Origin: Oculina patagonica
Taxonomy: Eukaryota
Assembly (NCBI RefSeq): GCF_052425735.1
Contig: NC_135769.1
Location: forward strand, 5,394,001 to 5,458,000
Reading direction: 5' to 3'
DNA length: 64,000 nucleotides
Part shown: one piece after another, positions 25,764 through 35,400 of the stretch
Numbering within the stretch: position 1 is the first letter of the stretch
Layout: the number at the start of each line of letters is the position of its first letter
Notes under the pieces: generated by a model
The model's input: only the letters and a program-made list of their open reading frames with translations
The model's database searches: none
What the model was told of the DNA's origin: nothing
Translations under genes and position numbers: made by a program

Positions 25764-27970
25764 CGTTTGAGTTGATCATTCAGTTGTTAATAAAAATTGC
25801 TTATTTTTTCAGACAGAGGTGATGATGACGGTGACAATGAAGATGATGATGAGGGGGATTCAGATGAAGGTATTTAAATTAAACCTGCAAAGTTGTTTGT
25901 TAGTCCTTTGTGTGTAAATGTTTGATGGTGTATGCAAACATATCTACAAGCCAAACTGTTACATGTATGGCTTGTGCTGGTTTTGATCCAGTTTTGGACT
26001 TTCTTAGATGAGCTGGCTAGTGATGAGGACGAAATCAACGAGGATGATGTTCAGTATATTGAAGGTCTTGCTCAGAAGGTATGCATTTGAGTTCTCATAA
26101 GTTACAAAAGATTCTAGCCCAGCCGTCCTTTGACAGTGTTGTGACTTACATCGGAATCCGCGTGGAATTTGAGTATTTCTTGGACAAAGTTATGTACCAA
26201 AATTATTTACATCTTATTGCAAACTTCTGTGTTACTGTTTCAAATATCTTATCAAAAGAAATCATTTCCAACAACACCAAACATCAAAAACAAATTTCGA
26301 AGTTCCACTGAATTGCACTGATCGCTTAGAAGACGATTTTACAAAAAAACTACACGGGAAATTTTACCTTTAGTTTATATGGTTCTTGCAAACTTTGAAA
26401 TTCATTTTCTCGGGCTCTGATAGGAAATTGTGGTTGGTGTTAACGCGGACAAATACTTACAACTTTAGTTTTCAAAAGAGGTAGAAAATAACGCAATATG
26501 ATATAAATTGTTCTGGTACTCGATTTTTGTCCAACTTAAATTAATATTACTCGATTTCCTGATGGATTCCGTCTTAGTATCATGTGATATCTTCTATTGT
26601 TTATGTGCAGGCTGCTGAGCATTTAGATGATGATGACGATGTTGAAGATGAAGAAACAGCTCTTGAAAACTTCACCACGTCTGTGGACAATGAAGAAACT
26701 GATGAGTACATCGCCTTCAGGACTTCAATGCAAGGTAACACTGACTGTGCCGTATGTTTTATCAACCTAAACGTCGCTTTCCAATAGTTAGTAGTGTTGT
26801 TTGTAGAGTCATGTCTATTGTTTTTCGGCAAGGTCTCTGTAACAAAGGCTCCAGTATTCTCTCTTTTTTTCACAAAGTGAGGAGCAAAACTATCTTTCGG
26901 TTTAAGGGACCGTGTCACGGATTTTAGCCAAACTTAGGCACAAGAAATGACCATCAAATTCGTTTTAATATATAATATAGCCTCTTAAAACAGTGAAGGA
27001 ATATTTAAATAACACACCAAATGCAAAAGAAGGCACGGATGGCCAGAAGTGTCGAAGATTGAAACGGATTGCAATATGGGTTTTTGAAATGTGGTCCGAC
27101 GGAACCGTTTTCAAAGTTAATCTCGTTTGCTTGTAACTTTAAATTGCAACGCCCGGGAGACACATTTTGCTGCTGTTAAGCTATGGTTTTGTCATTTAGA
27201 ATCATTGAATTAATTTCTTTGCAAAAATGTAGTTTCATAGTGAATAAAGGACAAAATTCAATAGCAAATCATTAACTTAGCCGTGACACAGTCCCTTTAA
27301 AGGGAACCTCAAACTAGCAGTTTACCAAGATAGAAAAATACCAAATAGGTAATAATAAACAGAAATGCGCAGTGATACAAACAGAAAGGGAACTGCCTCA
27401 ACAATGATATTACGATTTGAGAAGATCGGAAGGGATTACCGTCTATCTAACTGCTGTTTGTATTGCGTTATAGCTCTCGAGACTAGTGACCCTGATTGGT
27501 ATACGGCACTAACCAGTGTCTTGACAAACGAGCAGGCCAAATCATTACAGGAAGTGTTTCACCTGGCCGAGCAGAGGAAAGCTTCATTAGGTGAGTAAGA
27601 CTACAAAACACAGAAAGTAATTTCAATCGGTAGAACAGTCAGTCGGGTGGGTGGTTGCTTGGTCGATCTATTGGTTGGTCTATCGGTAGGTTGGTCGTCT
27701 TGGCAGTGGGTCGGTTGATGTATCGTTTGGTTGGTCGGTTGTTTGGTCGGTCCGTTGTAACCCTGTTGGCTGTTTTCCTTAGCAACTAGAGGGGTAGCAG
27801 GGTGCAAAAGCAGGGTGCATCGTTATCATTTTGTAATGGTATTTTAAACTGACTGTGGTCTTGAAGTGTTTTGTTATCCTTAATTTACAGAATCCAAGCG
27901 AATCGAGCAACAAGGAGGATACATGTTCACCAACATGACTGTACCGAATTCCTTCAACTTTGGACAGTAA
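4595..27970 (+). CDS. IPO7: Importin-7 (importin-7/8 family karyopherin beta), complete 29-exon gene, about 1030 aa
   Basis: Exons with GT-AG sites and consistent phases: 4595-4678, 4980-5061, 7123-7282, 8685-8843, 9801-9957, 10476-10565, 11765-11859, 12282-12352, 12487-12589, 13100-13145, 13833-13932, 14689-14888, 15545-15634, 16359-16524, 17415-17456, 17631-17755, 17840-17956, 20729-20795, 21906-22031, 22712-22809, 23695-23790, 23990-24076, 24548-24681, 25316-25464, 25813-25869, 26008-26078, 26611-26734, 27474-27590, 27891-27970 (sum 3093 nt). Diagnostic motifs: [26 protein letters not shown] (IBN_N), [88 protein letters not shown], an acidic loop, and C-terminal [19 protein letters not shown]. 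Confidence 0.96.
5462..6499. mobile_element. About 1 kb non-autonomous DNA transposon in IPO7 intron 2
   Basis: About 40-bp TIR TGTGTAGTTCCAGAAAATATCCATACCCCCACCACGGAGGG with its near-exact reverse complement ending at 6499; shorter relatives at 9041-9236 and 44836-45012. Confidence 0.85.
8442..8640. mobile_element. MITE family 'ATAGAGCAGTTTTCA', decayed intronic copy containing (TG)n
   Basis: Aligns by eye to 61026-61311 with CpG>TpG/CpA changes. Confidence 0.7.
8959..9337. mobile_element. Palindromic MITE with a nested second MITE (9041-9236)
   Basis: Outer AGTAGAATCCCGATTTCT..AACCTCA / TGAGGGTTCGAGAAATTGGGATTGTACT; inner TGTGTGCTTCCAGAAAATATCCATAC / GTATGGATATT..TGGAACCACACA. Confidence 0.7.
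9430..9670 (+). mobile_element. tRNA-derived SINE (Meta-domain type)
   Basis: Degenerate A box (CAGTGGTTAGAGC) and B box (GTTCAAATC), then GTGGGTTGAGTTTGCTGTTGG..GGGTTTTTCTCC..TCCGGTTTTCCTCCCTCCACAAAA. Confidence 0.7.
13551..13743. mobile_element. MITE with GGCCATTTCCGAGTTA TIRs
   Basis: AATAGGCCATTTCCGAGTTA ... TAACTCGGAAATGGCCTATT perfect inverted termini. Confidence 0.75.
14026..14484 (+). mobile_element. tRNA-derived SINE interrupted by a 176-bp TIR element (14128-14303)
   Basis: A box TGGCCTAATGG, B box GGTTCGAGCTC, body CTCACAGTGCC..CCACCCAGGTGTATAAATGGG. The insert has TIR CAGGATGTTCATTA/TAATGAAAACCATG and a GGACAC duplication on both sides. Confidence 0.8.
14485..14647. other. Assembly gap
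   Basis: Run of N. Confidence 1.
15925..16341. mobile_element. TA-flanked Tc1/mariner-type MITE
   Basis: TACAGTAAAAACCCG ... CGGGTTTTTACTGTA; internal ATAAGAAC repeats. Confidence 0.75.
17122..17170. repeat. (ATC)n microsatellite
   Basis: About 16 ATC units. Confidence 0.95.
18177..20521. mobile_element. TA-flanked MITE (outer element of a nested insertion, IPO7 intron 17)
   Basis: Perfect TIR TA-CCGTAATGATTCGATTTAGCGCCC / GGGCGCTAAATCGAATCATTACGG-TA; subterminal AATAAGCGCCC repeats. Confidence 0.85.
18421..20294. mobile_element. 1.87-kb non-autonomous DNA transposon nested in the outer MITE
   Basis: About 52-bp near-perfect TIR ATATGTGACCCTCCACGGGAAAACAGTGAAAAAGGTGAACGCA..; subterminal AAATGGCACGC-like repeats; GT on both flanks; no long ORF. 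Confidence 0.85.
21160..21690. mobile_element. Penelope-type palindromic repeat with an inserted CCCGGG-terminated element (21207-21551, 8-bp TSD TGACTGAC)
   Basis: AGTCCTGAAAAG.ACTGTTGTTAGTGAC / GTCACCAACAACAGTTCTTTTCAGAACT arms; TSD at 21199-21206 and 21552-21559; related copy at 55845-56115. Confidence 0.65.
23209..23650. mobile_element. TA-flanked MITE
   Basis: TACAGTCAAAGCTCTC.TAA ... TTAAGAGAGCTACGACTGTA; internal CGCTTACGGGA repeats. Confidence 0.7.
24892..25202. mobile_element. Kolobok-like MITE (TTAA TSD)
   Basis: TTAA-AGGGACTATGTCAC ... GTGACATAGTCCCT-TTAA. Confidence 0.75.
25533..25762. repeat. (CAGA/CAGG/CTGA)n compound microsatellite
   Basis: Visible directly in the sequence. 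Confidence 0.95.
26902..27300. mobile_element. Kolobok-like MITE, relative of 24892-25202
   Basis: TTAAGGGACCGTGTCACGG ... CCGTGACACAGTCCCTTTAA; shares internal AAACGGATTGCAAT..TTTTCAA. Confidence 0.7.
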
Positions 27971-29498
27971 CACAGCTTACTGGTGCACGTCCTAGGTGAA
28001 CTGACTTGAGATTAAAAGCTTTTGTTCTACGTCTAAGCAGATGGAGCCACAGTCATAGAATTCGTCGTGAAACGTTATTGGCATTGACATTGATGTTTGC
28101 ACGAGTTGTTCGTGCGTTGTGCAATGGTGTGAATTCCGTGATGACGTGTTGCCTCATCCACGCCAGAAACAAAGTGCGTGACATCTGGTGCTTCGGTGCG
28201 AGCAAAGAAAACGAGCAAGGAGAACTCAACATTTCCATTACTTTTGATTGCTAGAGTGATTTTCAAATCGCCTGCTTTTGCTGTATATAATTGTAATTTT
28301 ATTTAGGATCGATTTGTTGTCCTCAATTTGAACGACTAGAAAAGCATCCTCTTTGATTTATTGGGTGTGTGTGTCAAAGGAAAAAACCTTGCAGGCTCTT
28401 CAACCAATCACAGGCTGTTTTAGTAGTCGAGAAGAAATACCATGAGAAGCTAAGGACAGTGAACTCTTAGGTTTCTTTTTAAACTTTGATCTGCTACATA
28501 ATTTGTTGCTGCTGCTGTAAGCTCTGTGTTTGTTAAATGTTATTTCAGTCGAGGGAACAAGCTTCAGTGTTACTCCGAATCTGGCCTGAGCCTGCAGTTT
28601 TCGTCCCGGCGTTGCTAAGCAACTGAGAGCTCGTGCTATTTTCTGATTGGATAATAACAATCGGAAACTTTACGAATTCTTTAACGAAGATTTGCCGAAA
28701 ACGGCACTTGTTCCTCCCGACTGAATTTTGTATTTGAGCATGTGATCTTGGCATAGAAACTTATTTTCACTAATTAAAAAGACAGGATTAGGCAATTCAT
28801 ATCTTTTGGCCTTTATTATTTAAGATTTTTTATCTTAGCGAGGTTACAAATTGCTCACTTACAACGAGAACTTGAAAAACTGAAGGGTCCTGAGTAGCTG
28901 CGGTCCAAAGATATGGTGCAAATCAGGTGTTAGACATCAAGGATTTAAAAAGACAGATAAGGCTGGAAAGACAGTGGATAACTATATTTTATTAAAAGAG
29001 CAAGACAATTTGTTTTGTTGGTCGTTATTCAAGCGGCGCTTAAGCTATTTTAATAACCTTCACGTTTTGTTTCTCGAGTAAATACATGCGCTTTACTACT
29101 GTTTTGAACTTTTTAAAAAGTTTCTTATGTACATTGTACTCAACGATAAATCGGTGAACTGACACTTTTGCGGGTTTAAATTATTGAAGGCGAACGAAAC
29201 TATACAGGTTTTTACGAATGTGCAACTATTATTGGTCGTGCTTTCCTCGTAAACCAGCCGTTTCCGATTATCGTCAATGAAGGGTTCGGTCACTGCCAAA
29301 TTGCAAAGCAGGAACAGTTTTTTAGTTTTCTAAGCTACCTAGGGTATTGTCAAGCTTGTTTTGTACTTGTTCAGTTCAGCGAGCTGTGTGCAACTTGCAG
29401 ATAAGCGTTCCAATGCATATCAGCAAGCACTTGTTCAGTTCAGTTCAGCGAGCTGTGCGCAGCTGGAATATGCGTTTACAGCTAGCAGATATGTTATG

Positions 29499-32400
29499 CT
29501 ATATTTCATAAGAAGCTGGTGAATCGTGCAAATATATTATACGATTCCTTCTCGACTCTGCGGTGCGAAAATTGCCTTCAACGTTTTGCTTACTCGCATT
29601 GTCAGTGCCACTGTTATCAAACATTTTTCTTAGTGTGTCATTCTCTTGTTTTCTAGCAGCAGTTTCTTCCCCCATTTCACATGAAATTTCTACAGATTCT
29701 TCAGATCCTGAGCTTTGCTCTTTCTCATCGTCGAGGTGCACAGAAAACTCGATTGCTTTTGTCGCCTCCGTCTCGAAAAAGGCATAGTTTAATGCCTCCT
29801 CGTAAAACACTTCTCTCTGGTAAGAATGGAAATGCGATGTTTTGAGTCCTTCGGTAGAAAAGTTGCCCTTTGTCAAGTCCAGACTTGCGTTGTCTGGTTT
29901 TGATGCCTTCATTTGCCTTCTCTTCTCCTTTATCGCAAGGATGATGGTTTCGACAATGTCAGGAACGTGTAGATAGTACGTAATGAGAACCACAGCGATG
30001 ACAAATATTATGACCAGAAAAGGAACCAAGTGCCATGGAAACTGCAAGGCTGGTGTGGTGACAGGATCATCCGTTGGGTAGCTTGGGACTAGAGAAAATA
30101 TTTTAACAGAAGAAATGTTTTGTTATTTCTTTGTTTAGGTCATTGCCCCGAAAAAGAACTGAACATAGATTTTTCAATTTTCCTACTGGTTGATTACCTA
30201 AAGGAGACTTAAATTTTGAAATAAAAAAGGTGGGTTCCCCATATTCGTTTAGGAGCAGGAAGATTTTGTATATACCACATAATCCCTTATAATTCCCTTG
30301 CGAATACTGGCAAAGTAAACATTTCCAGTGATAATTTATTTTTCAAACATATGAATTGGTCTGTTTTCGTTTTACAAAAAAAACTTGATCGCTACACCCA
30401 AAATATGAGAAAAATTGAAAGGTCAACACACTCGTTAACGAGAAAGGGACGGTTTATTTTTTATCTCGCGGACTAAGCTGCATAAAAAAAAAAAAAAAAA
30501 GCCGTCATTTTGTTTCTGTGTGCGCGCTATTTACGCGCAAAATTCTGCGCAGTAAGGATGCGCAATGCAATACAGGCCCCATAACCCCACCCCTTAAACT
30601 CATGGTTTTTTTTTTTTTAAACGCCCTTCAATATCCTTAATTTTTGTTAACATTATCATACATTGTTAAGCTGAATGGTGATAATCATAAAGACAAACTT
30701 CAACTTTAAGATATTGACATGAGACCAGATTCACGAAGCTTTCCCAGGTTAACACATTGTTCTGAATCAAAACCTTACCTTACGAGAGATTCATGAATCT
30801 GGCCCCTGGTGTCCCAGTGATTTGTACATTCTGTACATTTTCCCAAGAAATTTTGGGTCTTTACATTTTATGCGTTTTAGCTTCTAAAAGAAAGAAATCA
30901 TTTCCTAACCTGAACTCGATGGCGATAAAGTGGGAGACAAACTCGACAACGACGGTCGGACTTGAAAAGTTGATGATCCGAGTTGCTCTTCAGAACTGCT
31001 TGCCCTTTCAGACTTATCGATTACAACAAGGCTACCAAGGTTCATGGGTGCACTGAAGGTGGTTGCTCCCTTTGCTGTTTTGAGAGAATCCGTTGGTATG
31101 GTCTTGAGTGTGTCGTGAGTACTCTGTCCGTTTGTATGATCTGTGGATGCACTATAAGTTCCTTTTACTGCTCTGAGGGAATCCGTCTGTAGAGTCTTCA
31201 GTGAGTCGTGAATACTTTGTCCATGTGTATGATCTATGGATACACTGTAGGAGGAAGTCGGCTGTGATGTTCTGGGAGAATGCACTTGTAAAGTTTTGAA
31301 TGAGTCGTAAAGACTTTGTCCACTCGTTTGTCCAAGTGTTGGATCTATGAATGCACGGTAAGTTTCTTTTACAGTCGCGAGGGAATCCGTTTGCAGAGTC
31401 TTGGATGAGTCATGAGTACTTTGCCCATGTGTCTGGTGCATAACAGAGTCGTGAGATGCGAACATTGTGCTTGACCCACAACACGTAGAAGTGGCTCTGG
31501 TGGTCGTCGCTTGGACATAAATGGATGTGACATGTTGCTGGTGTGATTCGGTAAAACTGTGAATGGTCATTAGAGTTGCATATGTTGTGAAAGATGTTGG
31601 CAACGAATTAATTTCATTGGACGGGTTGAGGACTATGCTGTGCTTCCCATGTAATGTGCTCCCTGCCGTCAAAGTTGTTGAATAATCTAGAAGAACAAAG
31701 ATATGCATTGAGTCGCCTTTAGCATCAATAAATTCTTTGATAGTTTTTCTGTCTAGATCTGGAATCGAGCAGTTGTCAAGAGGTTGTCCGCTGTCTTGAT
31801 ACTGACGCGGTCCTGATGTTATGGGTTGTCTGTCTATCTGTCTGTCTGTCTGTGTCTGTCTGTCTGTCTGTCTGTCTGTTTAGCAACAATAACAATAGTA
31901 ATGATAACAAAGACTTGGCAAAAAATAAAGCTTTGCAATATGGCCCAACATCGCAAGCTCGTATGCGTATAATATGCGTAAAAATATTTAAATTTACCAT
32001 TCGAACCATCCATAACAGATGCCCGAAAAATGTAGATTGAGAACATTTTACCTGAAGTCCTCGATAGAGAAGAGAAATTAGTGCTGATCATGATTGTCTT
32101 TTCGACAAAACCTACAGTGGCTATTATGGACTTATTCCAACTTGGAATACTTGAGAAAGCAAGTGTGTTTGTGGACGTGTCACCTACAGATGCACTGAAA
32201 TATGCATTTCTTATGCTACTCTTTGAATTGGAGTGGATATGGTAATTCCCTGATTCCCATGACGATGATCCATTGTGGTGGCTGTCTAAACTCGATGCTT
32301 TTGATGTCGAAGAAGTTGAATCAGTTGCGTGTGGTGCAATGCCTGCCGGACCGGTTTGGTTGTGCATGTAAGCCAAGCTATGTAAACTAGTGTATTGCGT

Positions 32401-35400
32401 CTTTTGTATGGATTCCTGGTGCAGACTGCTGATGGCTGCTGAATTGACCGGTGCGTCTGTCACTATCGAATCCTCGTGGGTTGGGTTGGTGAGGTTTGAT
32501 GATAGCTTCATCTGAGACAATGGTAAGTCTCCACTAACTGACAATGAAGATTGCAAGGAAGCACTTGTTTTTAAGGATAATCCGATATTGTCTTGGAAGC
32601 TGTTTCCGTTAGAAGCATAAACTGTGTGGGAGCTTTCTACAGATTGGTGGAGTTGAAGAATACTTCGAGAAATCAAGGAAGCAGAATAGCCACTCGTGAT
32701 ACTTGATGTATAACTTACAAGGGTGAGTCCTGGTTTTCCAGATGCATGTACGGTATCTTCCCTTGGCAGGGATTGTGTTTTGAAATTGGACAAAGTTGGA
32801 TGCCAGACCAAGGTAGATATACTCGTTTTCCTTGCACTGTTTGTATTGTTAGTACGGTGGATGGTTCTGTCACTGAGAAAGGAGCTGCTTAACATTTGAA
32901 ATCCTTCCAGTGTGGAATACATGTAAGTTGTTCCTCCTACGCTATCAGTATTTTGAACTCCTTCTTGGGGTGTTGGTAATGCTGAAGATGGTGTGCCGTG
33001 GAATTGACTCGGAGAAAGCGCGCCTTGATATTGACTTGAAGAGTGCGTAGTGCGGGATTGACTTGGAAGTAGTGTGCCATGAAATTGAATTGACGACAGT
33101 GTGAAACCGAATTGGTTTGAAGATAGTGTGACGCCGGTTGGACTTGAAGAAAGTGTGACAGGAGGTTGACCAGATAATGTAACATGGGAGTGACTTAAAG
33201 ATAGTGTGACGCGGAATTGGCTTGAAGATGGTGTGACACTATAGCCCGCTGAAGGTACTATAGGATCGGATTGATTTGAAGACAGTGTTGTAACGCGGAA
33301 TTGATTTATAGATAGCGCGACACTGGCTTGACTGGAAGGCAATATGACATCAGAATGACTTGATGGCGTGGTAGTGCTTGGCAGTGTTGTAGAACTGGAG
33401 TGGTTGGAACCTGACCATGAACTCGTTTCACCTGTTGATGAAAAAGGACAAAGATTGCAACAGTTAATTGTACGGTAGCTGCAAGGCATGAACCACTTTC
33501 AAAACTTCTTTTTCCGCAAAGAACTAAATTGGGTAACTATAGTGGATTACCTGGACATGTAGCCAACACACACTCCGTTGTCTCCCACGGCTCTCCAATC
33601 TCTGAACAGTTCTTGCCGGCAAATGCTGGAGGGGGATTCGTACAATTACGAGATCTATTCCTGACCCCAGTGCCGCACGTCACGTGACACGCTGACCAGT
33701 TGGACCAGCTCGTGTAGCCGCCATCAACCGGTGCTGTAAGAAGAACATTATGTCATCAGTTCAATTTTAATGTATATATTGTACAGCTGGTATATAGATT
33801 AAAAAGCAGTTTCAGTAAAAAAAATAAACTGCAAACTAAACATTTACAATTGCTTTTAGTATTACACTCTACTATTTGTACCTTCAATTAATGTTGTTTA
33901 TTCTATCTAACGGTTTCTTTCCGACCATGGTAAATCGAATCATCCCTTATCTTATCTTTGTGAATATTAATTAGGAAACAAGTGACAAAAAGTACGTAAG
34001 AGCCCAATGAGCCCAGTATGTAAAGAATAAGGTATGATCCCAATAGCTCCAAACTGTCAGAATGTGTGGTATGACGAAACTAGAAATATTGTACACTTTC
34101 TCAATGGACGCGACGCAGGTTACCTCCCATACGTTTGTCAGGTCACTTGGCAATTCGCCGTTCCCGTATGAAAATAGTGTGTTGACCAAGAACGCAACAC
34201 AACGGGAAAACGACCACATACCGAACATCAAACCTTTAGATCCAAAAGCTCCAACACACTAACCATTAGACAGAAACTTAATATTTTAGTTTAAAACAAT
34301 CAGTCAGTACTTACTGCAGTTTGACATCAAACAGCTCCGCCTCTCAGTGTCAGCCACGTCACCACATATCAGCTCCAATCCACTGTCAGGTAGAGGGTTT
34401 ACGCATGACCTGGATCTAGTCTGGTTTCCATGACGACATGTTTGGGAACATTCTGTCCAGCTGGTCCACTGTGTCCAAAATCCTCTGACTAACGACAGAC
34501 GGAGCGAGTACATGAGAGATTATTCTCCTTTCCCAGAAAACACTTTGGTCAATTCTTCAGCACCAAGGCGTCAACTCTTGGAGCTTTGAGGGGGTACATG
34601 CACCTCGCTCGTCAGTGATCCTTACTTTTCCTTTTATGTGCAGTTAGAGAGTTAGTTCAAGTGATGATTATATGCAGTGCAGAGTGAGTAACTTGTGCGA
34701 ATGTGATCCGACCTCAGTGTTTTGCTGGCAAATTAGCCTTGCAGCCTGTGTTATCTCGGCTTATTGTCCTTGACAGTGCATGTGTTCAATTTTATCCTTG
34801 GTTCAATTTTATATTTATTTGTTTTAATTAAAGTTATAATCATACATTACCATACCCAAAACAAAGGAAAATAAAATTTGAACCAAGGATAAAATTGGAC
34901 CAAAATACATGCAATCATGGGTAGCAGAATTTGACTGCAACCAACCAAGCACAGCGTAATCATTTTGCTTGCAATATCAGACAATTTTCGTACCGACAAG
35001 GACATTAGGGACCTTAAGGTCAGGGTACAAGTTCTGTATGAGATTGAGTACGAGAACGACTTTCGAATTTCAATTCAGTTACGTTCCCAGAGCCCTTACT
35101 CCTCCCTGTTTCTGACCAGTTGAAAAGGAAACTATCGGTGCAAGATTGGTGTGAAGGGAGTTAATCGAAAGCATAAGCACTAGTTTTAAAAAGTCGTACT
35201 CGTACTTAATCTCGTACCCCGACCTACTCTGATATGAAGGTCTCCATTGTCTTGACGTGCCACCGTATTCTAAGAAGCAATATCAAAAGAAATACAGCAC
35301 AGAAGGAAAACACAAATAAATATAGCTAGATCTAGAATATTAAATATATAGATTAAGCAAGCTCCCACGGTCCCTTTCTGCGCCAAAATCTTAAAACTCC

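Noticed and set aside
30779-30884. Extra exon in the CUB/TSP1 gene
   Set aside because: It would need a 26-nt intron or would break phase; 30910 splices in phase directly to 30088.
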